The translations under genes and the position numbers were made by a program. Source: Chiloscyllium plagiosum (lineage: Eukaryota). Taken from it: DNA of 64,000 nt. The first letter of the stretch is position 1; the number at the start of each line of letters is the position of its first letter. The notes beneath the pieces were generated by a model, which was given only the letters and a program-made list of their open reading frames with translations, was not told the DNA's origin and did not search any database. This document shows, piece after piece, positions 36,715-50,485 of the stretch. The stretch covers positions 19,306,980 to 19,370,979 of the forward strand of contig NC_057711.1 in the NCBI RefSeq assembly GCF_004010195.1, given 5' to 3'.

Positions 36715-38960
36715 TTTTGTTGGTTCACAGGATATGAGTGCCACTGGTTAAGCCAGCATTTTGTGTCCATCATTGATTGCCATGAGCAAGGTGGAAGTAA
36801 AACATGTTCCTGAACATCTGCTGTCCTTTAGGTCTGGGGACACCCACAGTGATATTAGGATGGGAGTTCCAGGATTTTGACCTGATCTCTGACCCGCTTT
36901 ACTAATTAAAGTATTTAAATAGCCACTCCAGTTAATGACGTAGTCAATGTAACCATCAGAATGTTGATTGTGAGACATTCAGCATTGTTACTATCATTGA
37001 ATTTAGAGAGGTGATAGTTGGATTCTCTCTTGTTGGAGTTGGTCATTTCCTAGTATTTGTGTGGCGTGAATGTTACTTGCCACTTGTCAGCCAAATCTGG
37101 ATATTATCTAGGCCTTTCTGCATTTGGCAAAGATTGCTTCACTTTCTAAGGAAGCATGAATGGTCCTGAACATTTCACAATGATACTTAGTGAATACCCT
37201 CAATCCTGATTTTTTGATGGAGGGGAAAGTCATTGATGAAACAACTGAATATGGTTGATCCTGTGTCATTAAGCTTAAAGGAACAGTGGGGAGCTATGTG
37301 GTGCAGTAGTAGTGTCCCTATCTCTGAACTAGAGGCCCATGTTCAAGTTTCCCCTGTGTAATAACATGTATAAACAGGTTGATTAGGAAATGTCTACAAT
37401 GAAGAAATCTCCAAAGATATCCTGGAGCTGAGATGATGGACATCCAAAAATGATAATAAATATATTCCTATGACACTAACCAGTGGAGGGTTTGCCATGA
37501 ACTCCCATTAACTCCAGTTTTATTAGGGCTCCTTGATGCCATATCTGGCCAAATCAGGAGCATTCACTGTCAACTGATCTCTGTCGCTTATCGCTTTTGT
37601 CTATTGTTTAATCAAGGCTGTAATATCAGGAGCTGATTGGCTCTGGTGGAAACCAAACTGAGCAACTGTTATATCTTTAACAGTGCTGGTTGAGAGCACT
37701 GTTGGTGACTCTTTCTATTACTTTGCTGATGATCAAAAATAGACTGATAGGTATTAATCGATCAAGTGAAATTTTTGCTGATTTTCATAGGACACATACA
37801 GGACATATTTGGGCAATTGAACTCCTTTAACAAGTAGGTGTTACTGTTGTAATTATACTGAAACATCATTGCTTGGTGTGCAATTTGTTCTGGAGCACAG
37901 GTATTCAGTATTTTTGTCATAATCTTATCAGGGCGCATAGTTTTTGTGGTATTCAGAGATTTCAAGTTGTTTAATTGTCCCCCAGCATTCACAACTGGAT
38001 GTGGCAGGATGGCAAAACTTAGATCTGACCTGTTGACCGTTGGCTTGCTTAGCCCTATTGCATGCTGCTTCTGCTGCTTGACATGAAAGTACTCTTGTGT
38101 TGTAATTCCAGTGGGATAAACACATCATTTTTAGGATGGCCTGATGCTGTTTCTGTTAAGTATTTTCGAATCAACCTATTCAGAGATGTTATTGCACACT
38201 TCAGGAACAGTTGAGACTTGAACTGAGGTCTCCAGGGTCTGTCCTGCATTCTTTAGTAAATAACAGTTGACTTCCTGGACTGATGGTAACAGTAGAGTGG
38301 GGGTTTATTCCGGTCATCTGTTTAGAGATTGTAGTTGAATATAATTTTCCTGCTACTGATGACCCATGCTATCTCATAGAGACTCAGTTTTGAGCTATCA
38401 GATCTGTTTTAAGTCTTTCTCATTTAGCACAGTAATACTGCCACACAGTACAATGAATAGTGTCGTCATTGTGTAGACAGGGCTTTGTTTCCATAAGTGT
38501 TGTGCCGTGATCACTCCTACCTATGTTGTCATGGACAGACACTTCTGCAGTAGGTTGGTTGATGAGCATCAAGCCAAGTAGATTTTTCCCTCTTGTTGGT
38601 ACCCTCTCTGTCAGCCATACACCTAACCTAGAACTCAGCCAGCTGGTCTAGAAAGCAGTGAAACTGAGCTACTATTTGTGATGGACAATGAAGACCTTAA
38701 CAGATATCATATTCTGTGTCTTGATATCCTCAGTGCTTCTTCCAAGTGCTGTTCAATATGTAGGCAAATTGATTTCCACATGAGGTGGGGAAGGAATTGT
38801 ATGGTGATGTGCTTGTATGACTAGTCTATGGGACAGCTGTCCCAAGTTTGGCATGAGGTCCTAAATGTTGGCAAGGAGTACTTTGCAGATTCCTGTTGTT
38901 ATTTCTGGTGCCTATGTTAATGGACAGGGCCTATCTGCTTCCTTTCCACTTTATAGACAT
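36715..38960 (-). mobile_element. Ancient, heavily degraded LINE with an embedded SINE fragment (about 37290-37400)
   Basis: Shares motifs with 3930-4520 and 30030-30490. Minus-strand ORF remnants include LNTTKTMRPDKIMTKILNTCAPE and SSCECWGTIKQL. Confidence 0.6.
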
Positions 38961-38969
38961 TTGTTATAA

Positions 38970-39250
38970 CTGAGTGGCTGGTTAGGACTTTTCAGAGGGT
39001 AGTTAAAGGCCAGCCGCATTGCTGTGGAGTCACATTGGGTTAGACCAGTCATGAATGGCAAGTTTCCTTCCCTAAAGAACATTAGTGAGCCAGATGGGTT
39101 TTTACACAATGGAAACCAATTACATAGCCACCAATTTCAGATTTTATTGAATTTAAATGTCACCATTTGTCATGACAGGATTCAAACCTACATCTCCAGA
39201 ACATTAGGCTACAGTCCTGGATTACTAGCTTAGTGGCATTACTACTATAC
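38970..39250 (-). mobile_element. Ancient SINE family copy
   Basis: cattgctgtggagtcaca..aagaacattagtgagccagatggg core. Confidence 0.65.
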
Positions 39251-39756
39251 CAGGTGTCCCTGTGAGAAAGAATATAAGAATATCACTCACAAGATCCTCC
39301 AAACAAATGCCCCGGTTTAGGATTCCACTTATGCCAGTAAAATGTATAAATTTCAAGTTTGAAATTCCTTAGCTTCAATTGAAATCAAGGTAAAGATAAT
39401 CTGGTTATAATCCCCAAGTCCCAACCTTTTCATCAGTCGAGATCTAATATTTAAATCTTTTCACTTGTTGGAAATGCAGAAGAATCTGTTCTCATCATCT
39501 GTTTGTATGTATTCTAAGAGCCCCTGCAAAGACGATGTTCTGTGCAATCCCTTGCTACCGTGAGTTAAATGCATTATTACAACTTCAAACCTCCATACAT
39601 TGTCCACCAATTTGATTAGTTTTGTCCCCAGTATTCCATTACTTGTCACATATAACACAAGTTTCCACATTATTACTTATTTCAACGGAGACTGAAATCA
39701 CTACCATCAATATAAACGTTCTTTTCAATCCATTACAAGCTATCTTTCCTTTTCTC

Positions 39757-42700
39757 AAAGAAACAAAGAGAACAAAGAAAATTTACAGCCCAGGAACAGG
39801 CCCTTCACCGTCCAAGCCTGAGCCAATCTAAATCCACTGTCTAAACCTGTCGCCCAATTCCTAACCATCTGTTTCCCTTTGCTGCCCAACTATTCATGCA
39901 TCTGTCCAGACGCATAGAGTCATAAAGATGTACAGCATGGAAACAGACCCTTTGGTCCAACCTGTCCATGCCGACCAGATATCCCAACCCAATCTAGTCC
40001 CACCTGTCATCACTCAGCCCATATCCCTCTAAATCCTTCCTATTCATATACCCATCCAAATGCCCCTTAAATGTTGCAATTGTACCAGCCTCCACCACTT
40101 CCTCTGGCAGCTCATTCCATACATGTACCACCCACTGTGTGAAAAAGTTGCCCCTTAGGCCTCTTTTATATCTTTCCCCTCTCACCCTAAACCTATGCCC
40201 TCTAGTTCTGGACTCTCCGCCCCCAGGAAAAAAGACTTTGCCTATTTATCTTATCCATGCCCTTCATAACTTTGTAAACCTCTATAAGGTCACCCCTCAG
40301 CCTCCTACGCTCCAGGGAAAACAGCCCCAGCCTTTTCAGCCTCTACCTGTAGCTCAAATCCTCCAACCCGGGCAACATCCTTGTAAATCCTTTCTGAACC
40401 CTTTCAAGTTTCACAACGTCTTTCCGATAGGAAGGAGATCAGAATTGCACGCAATATTCCAACAGTGGCCTAACCAATGTCCTGTACAGCCACAACATGA
40501 TCCCCCAACTCCTGTACTCAATTCTCTGACCAATAAAAGAAAACATATCAAATGCCTTCTTCACTATCCTATCTACCTGTAACTCCACTTTCAAGGATCT
40601 ATGAACCTGCACTCCAAGGTCTTTGTTCAGCAACACTCCCTAGGACCTTACCATTAAGTGTATAAGTCCTGCTAAGATTTGCTTTCCCAAAATGCAGCAC
40701 CTCGCATTTATCTGAATTAAACTGCATCTGCCACTTCTCAGCCCATTGGCCCATAGGTCAAGATCCTGTTGTAATCTGAGGTATTACTACACCTCCATCT
40801 TAAATGAATCTACCATGCCTGCCTCTACTACCTCTGCTGGCAATGTGTTCCAGGCACCTACCACCCTCTGTGTGAAGTACTTGCCACGTGTAGCCCCATT
40901 AAACTTTTCACCTCTCACCTTGAATGTGTGACCTCTCATTATTGAATCATTCACCCTGGGAAAAAGTTTATCGCTATCTACCCTGTCTGTACCCTTCATG
41001 ATTTTGTAGACCTCAATCAGGCCCCCTCTCAATCTCCTTTTTTTCTAATGAAAACAATCCTAACTTACTCAACGTTTCTTCATAGCTAGCATACCAGGCA
41101 GCATCCTCGTAAACCTTCTCTGCACTCTCTCCAAAGCGTCCGTATCCTTTTGGTAATGTGGCGACCAGAACTCTACACAGTATTCTAAATACGGCCAAAC
41201 CAATGTCTGTACAATTTTAACATGACCTACCAGCTCTTATACTCAATACCCCATTCGATGAAGGCAGGCATACCATATGCTTTCTTGACCACTCTATCCA
41301 CCTGTGCAGCAACTTTCAGGGTACAATGGACCTGCACTCCCAGATCTCTCTGCTCATCAATATTTCCCCAAGGTTCTTCAGTTTATTGTATAATTCACAC
41401 TCGAATTTGACTTCCTAAAATGCATCACCTCGCATTTGCCTGGATTGAACTCCATCTGCCACTTCTCCACCCAGCTCTCCAGTCTATCTATATCCTCCTG
41501 TATGCTTTGACAGTCCCCTATGCTTTCTTCTCCTCAACCAATCTTTGTGTCATCTGCAAACTTGCTGATCATACCAACAGTGCCCTCTTCTAGATCATTT
41601 ATATATATTACAAACAACAATGGCCCCAACACTGGTCCCTGTGGAACACCACTGGTCTCCTTTTTCCATTTTGAGAAACTTCCTTCAACTACTACTCTCT
41701 GTCTCCTGTTGTTCAACCAGTTCTTTATCCACCTACCTAGAACACCCTGCACACCATGTGACTTCACTTTCTCCATTAGTCTACAATGGGGAACCTTATC
41801 GAATGCCTTAATAAAGTCCATGTATATGACATCTGCAGCCCTTCCTTCATATATCAACTTGATCACTTCCTCAAAGAACTCTACTAAGTTGGTAAGGCAC
41901 GATCTCCCCTGCACAAAACGATGTTGCCTATCACTGATAAGCCCATTATTTTCCAAATATAAATAGATGTTATCCCTCAGTACCTTCTCCAGCAACTTTC
42001 TCACCACTGACATCAGGCTCACTGGTCTGTAGTTACCCAGAATATCCCTATTACTTCTCTTATACAGGGGGACAACATGAGCAATCCTCCAATCCTCTGG
42101 CACCTCACCTGTGTTTAAAGATGCTCCAAAGATATCTGTCAGGGCCCCACCTATTTCCTCTCTCGCTTCCCTCAGCAACCTAGGATAGATCCCATCTGGT
42201 CCTGGGAATTTGTCCACCTTAATAATCTCTAGCCTACCCAACAATCTTCCCTATTTATGTCAATGAGATCCATAGTAATCAAACTTTTATCTCTTTTATC
42301 AACATTCATTATATCCCTCTCCTCAGTGAACAATGATACAAAGTAATCATTCAGAATCTCATCCATTTTCTCAGGATCAGCACACAGCCTTCCTGACTTA
42401 TCCTTTAGTGGACCAGTCCTTTCTCTAGTTACCCACTTGCTTCTGATATAAGAATAAAAGGCTTTGGGATTCTCCTTAGTTCTGCCCGCTAAAACTATTT
42501 CATGACCCCTTTTACCCTCTTGATTCCTCGTTTAAGACTGGTCCTACTTCCCCCAATATTCATCCAGGGCCCGTTCTGTTCTTAGCTGCCTGAACCTTAT
42601 GTACGTTTTCCTTTTCCTCTCGGTTAGTCGTACGATTTCTTCTGTCATCTACGGTTCACGAATCTTGCCTTTCCTATCCTTTGCTTTCAACGGGATATGC

Positions 42701-43590
42701 CTATCTTGCACTACCTTTAACCTATCTTTGAAAGCTTTCGACATCTCAAATGTGGACTTCCCTTCAAATAAATGTGTCCAATCCACATTTCCCAGCTCCT
42801 ACCTAATTTTGATATAGTTTAGTACCCAGTTTAGTACTCTTCCCTTGGGACCACTCTCATCTTTGTCTACGAGTATTCTAAAACTTACAGAATTGTAGTC
42901 ACTGTTCCCAAATAAATTCCCCACTGCAACATCTACCACCTGGCCTGGTTCATTCCCCAACACCAGGTCCAATATCGCCTCTTCCCTCGTTAGACTATTG
43001 ACATACTGCTCTAGAAAACTCTCCTTGATTCTTCTTACAAATTCTGCCCCATTCAGACCTCTGACACCAAGTGTATCCCAGTCAATGTTGGGAAAATTAA
43101 AATCTCCCACCACCACCTTGTTGCTTCTATATCTTTCCATAACTGTTTACCTACTTGTTCTTGTACCTCACACTCACTGTTGGGAGGCCTGTAATACAGC
43201 CCCAACAATGTAACTGCACCCCTCTTATTTTTCAGCTCCACCCATAATGCCTCACTACCCAAGGCCTCCATAGTGTCCTCCTTTAGCACAGCCATGATAT
43301 CATCCCTGACCAGCAATGCAACTCCTCCCCCACTTTTACTTCCCTCCCTGTCCTGTCTGAAGCATCTCTATCCTGAAACATTTAGTTGCCAATCATGCCC
43401 TTCCTTCAACCAAGTCTCTGTGATTGCAATAATGTCATACTCCCAGGCACCAATCCAAGTCCTAAGTTCATCTGCCTTACTCACTATACACCTTGCATTA
43501 AAGTATGTGCACTTCAGGGCACCAGTTCTTTTGCGTTCATTTGCTCTCTGCTTACGCTTCCCCTTATTAATGCTAAGTTCATGATTCTAC
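39757..43590 (-). mobile_element. CR1 LINE with near-complete ORF2 (EN+RT), disrupted, split by a nested CR1
   Basis: ORF2 start LKCTYFNAR near 43516. ORFs 43053-43316, 42799-43140, 41534-42244 and 40787-41032 carry EN/RT motifs. 3' tail agaaacaaagagaacaaag at about 39760. Confidence 0.93.
39913..40783 (-). mobile_element. Nested 5'-truncated CR1, same family as 1-3247
   Basis: Reverse complement closely matches about 2115-3247. Tail catagagtcataaagatg. Confidence 0.92.
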
Positions 43591-44689
43591 TTTTATGCTT
43601 CCCTTGAAGATGTTATAGCCAGGAATATTTAATTGCCATTCTCACTCTGGCTTACCCACATTTTTATGAAGGCTTTGAGGTCATATCTCTTCAATTTACT
43701 TTGTTTCTCTGATTTTTAGCATACCTATACATGAACATGGAAGACAATTTGCTTCTGTGTTGCTTTTCTATAGTTCTTCTTTCTTGTCTTTTCTTAAAAT
43801 CTCCAAAGATGCATCTCATAATGTAGCAACCCGAACATTCCAGGCTGTTTCACATAAGACAAAATTTGCCCGGAGTGCTGGAAGAGTATTCTACCCTGCT
43901 CACTATACCACCAATCCAGCTGCTTGATCAATGAAAAGCCATCAGTACCAGAGTAATCCAGTATTGACCTTTGCATGAACCTTGCCAAAATTATGGATTC
44001 AATGAGCGAGAATATTAAAGTTGTTGGTTTGGGAGTGTGTGTTAGATTGCTACTCCTCCGAGTCTGCTAGAAACTTTCACATAATATCCTGAAAGTTGCC
44101 TTGGGAAACTTTGCTTGCAATCGTCTCAATTGTGGTCTTGCCTGCCTAGTGTGCCACATAACCATTAGTTGGTCTGTCCGGTCCTGACTAGACAGACGAG
44201 ACATGCAGATGAGTGTTCAGAGTCTGCATTTTAATTAAACAGGGTCTTCTTCTTACAATGGCCTTGTGTGAACTGGCTCATCCCCTGACATGAGCATCTT
44301 TGAAAACATATCCTTGAAGTTTTGTCTTTGGCTTGGATCCCCATACAATTGATCCTGTTCTAGCTTCCAGTTTTTTTTTAAAATTAGCTCCAATTGTTGA
44401 AACAGTGTGGATTTTAAAAGGTTCTGTTTCTTTTGCCTGAAGGTTTTCAAACCTCCCTTTATAGTCAATAAACTTTGATGTATATGTTTCCCTTTGTCAG
44501 TTATCTCTTGGGTCATGCATCCATCCAATTGTCTGAAGGTCAGAAAGCTTAATACGATACTTAAATCAACCCATATGATACAACAGACCAACTTACTTTC
44601 CATCGACCCTCGCCAAGATCAGATTTGCCCGAGGTTAGTGCACAGAATGATATATAAAGGAATTTTGAAATTTCTTTATAAGATTTATA

Positions 44690-46070
44690 CATGAATATGC
44701 GAATTAAAGACAGGAATAGGCCATTAGAGCCTGTTCTGGCATTCAATAAAATCATGGCTAATTCTATTGTGGCCTCAATCCCACGTTACCTCCTACCTCT
44801 GACAGTGATTCACTCCCTTGGAGTGTACTTCTGTCTGAAAAAATATTCAATCATCAGATCTCCACTATTGTATGGGAAAGAGATCCAAAGACTCTCAAGC
44901 ACTGAGAGGCAAAAGTTCTCTCATCTTCAACTTAAGTGAAAGAGCCCTGATTTTTAAACCAATTCCCCTTATTCTGGTCTCTCCCTCACAACCTTTTAGC
45001 ATTGGCAATTTAAAGAAGAAAGAACAATACAGCATAAGAACAGTCCACTCAGCCCATTAAGGCTGTGCCAACACTTTACCTCTCTAAACTAAACACGCTT
45101 TGTCTCTATGTGGTCCGTTTCCCTCTCTGCCATGTCTATTCATGTATCTATCAAAATGCCTCTTAAATGCTATTGTATTTGCTTCTACACTCCCCTGGCA
45201 GTGCATTCCAGACATTTGTCAACCTCTGTGTATAACACTTGCCTCTCACATCTCCATTAAACTTACACCCTTTTCCCTTAAACCTATACTGCCTACTAAG
45301 TGACCATTCTACCCTGAGAAAAAAACTCCAACTTTCCATTCTAGCCATTCCTCTCATATTATAAACGTCTATCATGTTGCCCACTAGCCTCTGATGTTCA
45401 ACTGAAAATACACTGTTTGCCCAATCTCTCCTCAGAGCTAATGCCCTCCAAACTAGACAACATCCTGGTAAACCTTTTCTGTACATTCTACAAAACCTCA
45501 ACACCCTTCTGATGGTCTGATGACCACAGGTGTATGCAATATTCCAAATGTGGCCTGACCTATCGAACTGCAACATGACTTGACAATTTTTAAACTCTGT
45601 GCCCTGACTGATGAAGGCAAGCATGCTCTGTGCCTTCTTGACATCCTCATCCACTACTGTTGCGAGAAGGAACTGTGGACCTGTATGCCTTGATCCCTCT
45701 GTACATTATTGCTTCTAAGGGTTCTGCCATTTACTCTAGTCTTCCCTCTTGCATTAGACCTTGCAAAATGCATCATCTTGCATTTGTCTGGATTAAGTTC
45801 CATCTGGCATTTCTCCATTCAAGTCTCCAACCTATCTTTGTCCTGCTGTATCCTCAGGCAATCTTCTTCATTCTGCTCTCAGGATATTCTCTGTCTCAAT
45901 GTGATCACCTTTTATTCAATAACCTTAATGGATATAGGGCCAGCCTGTCCAATGCTTCTTCATAAGATAATCCTCCCATTCCAGGTATCAGTGATGGAAC
46001 ATCCCTTCAGTTGCCTCAAATATATTAGTATCCTTTCTCAATTAACAAGAATAAAGTATGCAGTATTCCT
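44690..46070 (-). mobile_element. Old CR1 3' fragments (at least two nested copies)
   Basis: ORF 45163-45654 carries a degraded CR1 C-terminus (VKKAQSMLAFISQG..TQRLTNVWNALP). Confidence 0.75.
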
Positions 46071-46299
46071 TGCCAAGGCTTATGGCAGCCATCTACATGA
46101 GGCATTGAGATTTTTAAACTTGGATTCATGAAGTATCAAAGGATAGCAGCCCTTGATTTGGAGCAGTGATTCTCCTCACTGCACACCGTACACGCAGGAG
46201 AATGGTTTCTGCAATAGTTGTAGCAGAGGGTGGTCACTCCATATTGTGATAGGCAAGCAAGGGGGAGTGTAGAGATGGCAGGAGAGTGGGAGATGAAGA

Positions 46300-49200
46300 G
46301 TCAGCATTTCCAGGAAACTCAGGACTCTTTGGAGCTGTCATACAGGTATGAAATATTAGATGCCTATTTAGTGAGCAATGAGGCTGATCAGGGATTGATG
46401 ACTAGAGGGCAAATCACAGGACCATGGAGCCCAATGCTGCTGTGAGAAAAGAGAAAGGCTACCAGGCAAGTTCGAAAGGTGGCAGTATTGTGTGACTCAA
46501 TGGTTCGAGGGATAGACTGTCTAGTTTGCAGCTGTGATTGTGAGTTCCACATGCTGTGTGGATCGGATTCAGAATATATTGGAATGGCTGAATAACCTTT
46601 TAGAAAGGGAGGATGAATAACCAATGGCTGTGGTTCATGTGGGACATAGGGAAATCTAGCTTGGAGGCTTGGAGGATCAGTTTTAGGAGTTAGGGAGAAG
46701 GCTGAAATATAGGACCTCGAGGGTCGTAATCTCAAAAATATTACCTATGCCATGAGTTTCACCATTTAGATAAAGGCAAACCAGGGAGATAAGTGTATGG
46801 CTTGACGGATGGTGCAGAAGGGAAGGGGTTTAGATTTTTGGGACATTTGGGATCACTTCTGGGACGGTAAAAAGCTGTTCAGAAAAGATGGGGTGGCATG
46901 GTGGCTCAGTAGTTAGCACTGCTACCTCACAGAGCCAGGACCCACGTTCGATTCCTGCCTCGGGCAACTGCCTATGTGGAGTTTGCACATTCTCCCCTTG
47001 CCTGTAGAGAATCTAAACCTGACTCAAAATTGAACTAGTCTTCTAGTTGAGAGAGTAAATAGTTTAGTGGGGATGGATTTAAACTTGTAAGATGGGGAGG
47101 TGGGTTGACTAATGGGCCCAGTTTTGGAAGTAGCAGAGAGGGAGAGAGAGAAAAGTTGGAAATAGGGAAAAGGAAGAAAGAGAGGACTTTAATGTTAACA
47201 GTGAACAAATAAATGGTGACCTCCCAATGGACAAGAAAGAGGTAAGGGCAAGGTTATGTTGTTTGTGTGTAAATGCACGAAGTATAGTGAACAAAATTGG
47301 AGAACTTGAAGTAGAAGTTTCTGTCAGGATATGACATAGTAGCATTGTTAGAAATGTGGATCAAGCCTGAACAGGACTAGATGCTTAACATCCCAGGTTT
47401 TAAGGTTTTTAGTAGAAACAGGCTGCGTAAAAAGGGAGGCGGTGCAGCAGTCTTGGTCATTGCTCTTGAACAAGATAGAGCTCCTGGATTATGGTTGGAG
47501 GTGAGAAACAGAAAGGGAGCAGTGACCTCGTTGGGTATCTATTACAGATCTCCAGATAATGGGGGAAAAAGTAAAAGTGAGCAGAGTATGGAAACCTACA
47601 GGATAAGTAGGGTTGGGATCATTGGTGATTTCAATTAGTTGACTTTAGACTCGGAAAAAAAAAGGTAGAGTGTAGGGTTGGGGTGGGGGGGCAGGAAAGG
47701 GAGAGAATTGTGCAATGAGTGCAGCAAGCCTTTTGGAAAAGTACTTTTCCAATCCGATTAGGGAGGGAGCTGTGTTGGATCTCGTCCCAGGATATGAGGC
47801 AGGCCAAATGGAAATTTTCAGAGTGGGTGAGCACTTGGGAAATGCCAACCACAATTCAATAACGTTCAATATTGAGGTGGTAAAGAATAAAACTCAGTCA
47901 GCGAGTTAGACCCTGGAGTGGAAAAGGGCAAATTTTAGGGGTCTAAAACTTGAACTGGAGCAAGTTGATTGGAAACATATTTTGGTGTATAAAACAGTGC
48001 CCGAAAATGGGAGATTTCCAAAAGAGAAATGAATAGGTTGCAAGCTAGTTACATACCCATGATAAATAAATATGGGGTAGCCAAAGCTAGGTATCCAAGA
48101 TTATTAAGGATATTAATGAGAAAATGAAGAAGAAGAAGGAGACATATGATACATATGATAATGATAATAGCAATAGAAATCAGTAAGTCAAATATAGGAG
48201 AGAGGTCAAGGATGGAATAAAGAAGGCAATGAGGAAACATGAGGAAAAGATGGAAGGCTATGCTAAAAAAAAGGAAAATATTCATCAAACAGTTTAATCT
48301 AAAACATTAGTGAAGGCATAGAGTGGGAGTCATAAAGAAAAACCAGGATAAACTGCTCACTGAAGCAAAGGGTATGGCAGAGGTACTAAATGAATATTTT
48401 GCTCCTGCCTTTATTCAATTAAAAGGTGAACATGGCCCAGTTGAAAATGTTTGTTTTGAGCAACTTGAGCAGTGTAGTGATAGATAAAGAAGAGATGTTA
48501 AAAAGGTGATAACACTCTAGATGCAGAAGTTGCCAGGCCCAAATGGGATGCATCTTATATTGATAACAGAGTAAGTGAACAAATCGTGGAGCCATTGACA
48601 AAAGTTTTCCAGGCTTCTCTGAATACAGGAATAGTCTTGGGGGAACTGGAGAATTATAAATATGTTTAAGAAAGACATCAACAATAACCCAGGAAACTAC
48701 AGACCTGTCAGCTGACACCAATAATGGAAAAACTGATGGAGGTCATAAATGGTGGTTAAATGTACACTTAGAGAAAAATAAATTAAGACTAGACAGTCAA
48801 CATGGCTTTGTCGAGGGAAAGTCATGTCTAATAAATTTAACTGAGTTCTTTGACAAAGTGGTTGAAGATATTGTTGTTGATGTAGTATATTTGGACTTTC
48901 AGAAAACATTTGATATAGGCCATATTGCAGGTTAATTAGCAAATTATAAATGTTTGAGATTGATAGATTCTTGGCAGCATGGATTAGATATTGGTTAAAA
49001 AAAAGGAACAGAGTCTAGGTATTAATGGACATCTCTCAGATTGCAGATGAGTTGAAAGTGGTGTTCCTCAGGGATCAATATTGGGACCCTTGCTTTTTCT
49101 GATTTATAAAAATGATTTGAAGATGAGTGGTGAGTCCAAAATTTCCAAATTTGCAGATTATACTAAGCTGGGGAGAAGAGTGAATTGTGAGGATGACACT

Positions 49201-49810
49201 GAGCAACTTCAGGGGACATTGTCAAGTTGGCCAAATGGGCAGATATCTGGCAGATGATGTTCAATTCAGAGAAATGTGAGGCAATGCAATTTGGTAGAAG
49301 AAATATGGAGAGACAATACAGGCTCAATGGTCCAACTTCGAAGGGAGTACAGGCGCACAGGGACCTTAGAATTCGGATGCGTAATTCTCTGAAGATGGCC
49401 AGGCAAGTTGAAACAGTTACTCAGTTGGATCTTTGTGTTTATATATTTTGGCATAGAGTATAAAAGCAAGGATGTGATGCTCCACCTCGACAATTATTGG
49501 TCAGACTGCATTTGGAGTATTGTGTTCAGCTCTGGACACTTTCAGGAAGTATGTTAAAGTCCTGGAGACAGTATAAAGGAGATTTAACAGAATGATATCA
49601 AGAATTACGGATGTTAGATACAAGGAAAGATTAGTAAATTGTTCAAGTTCTGAACAATTTTGACAGTGCAAAGCAGAATATTATGTTTCCACTAATTGGC
49701 AAGTCAGTAATCAGGGGTCACAATTTCAGCTAGCTCTTTCAGAGGCCGGTTACTGACATGATGGGTCAAATGGTCTCCTTCTGTACTGTAAATTCTATGA
49801 TTCTATAATT
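46300..49810 (+). mobile_element. Old near-full-length CR1 with SGNH-esterase-type ORF1 remnant and ORF2
   Basis: About 46480 reads VAVLCDSMVRGID (GDS-x-VRG-x-D esterase motif of CR1 ORF1). LCVNARSIVNK at about 47263, GIYYRSP, IIGDFN, SGVPQGSILGP, SKFADYTKLG. Tail ttctatgattctataattct. Confidence 0.85.
46890..47004 (+). mobile_element. HE1-like SINE 5' half
   Basis: ggtggctcagtagttagcactgc, B box gttcgattcc, gtggagtttgcacattctcccc. Confidence 0.8.
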
Positions 49811-50368
49811 CTGTGAATCAACACCAAGCAAGCTGAGTTATATCAGAGTCCATTGCAGCAGAATTGGTGCAAAGTAAGCATCAACAAAGCTTACTTTTTT
49901 CCAGCAGATATGTTATCCTATTAGGTTTACAATGACATGGTTTTACATTTTTATGTATTAACTGCATACCATTTTACAATTCCAAATGGGCCAAAATCAT
50001 AATGTAATATCAGTACCAAATGTTCCAATGTACTTTTAAAATCCCTTTGCCAGTTATTTGAACAAACCTTTTGACCTATTCATTTAAATGGGCAAAAACC
50101 TAAAACGCAAATTGTTTACAAAATATTAATGAATATATTAATAATAAAAGTATATTGTGAGTTTAACATTAATATGATTTGAGCTTTCATGTTAAACTTG
50201 CTGAGTAACTGAAATAAAGATCCACCTAATTCTGGGGCCAAGAAAACCTTTCTAAAGAGGGACATGTAGGTCTCCTAGGCAGTTTTTAAGTTGACTACCT
50301 GAATTTGTATGCTCAGATAGCACTCTTTAAACACTTAAACGTTCAACTACTGAGAGTAAATTTGTGTT

Positions 50369-50408
50369 GCAGACATTTCGTCCCCTGTCTAGGTGACATC
50401 CTCAGTGC
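50369..50408 (-). ncRNA. Minimal hammerhead ribozyme motif (mirror copy)
   Basis: Reverse complement reads gca CTGAGGA t GTCACCT agac AGGGGAC GAAA t GTC tgc, with one C>T in the stem III palindrome. Confidence 0.7.
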
Positions 50409-50445
50409 TTGGGAGCCTCCTGTGAGCCTCCTTGGGAGCCTCCAA

Positions 50446-50485
50446 GCACTGAGGATGTCACCCAGACAGGGGACGAAACGTCTGC
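50446..50485 (+). ncRNA. Intact minimal type-I hammerhead ribozyme motif
   Basis: gca CTGAGGA t GTCACC cagaca GGGGAC GAAAC GTC tgc. Stem I is gca/tgc, stem II has 5 of 6 pairs, ACGT is palindromic, and cleavage is predicted after 50482. Confidence 0.8.
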
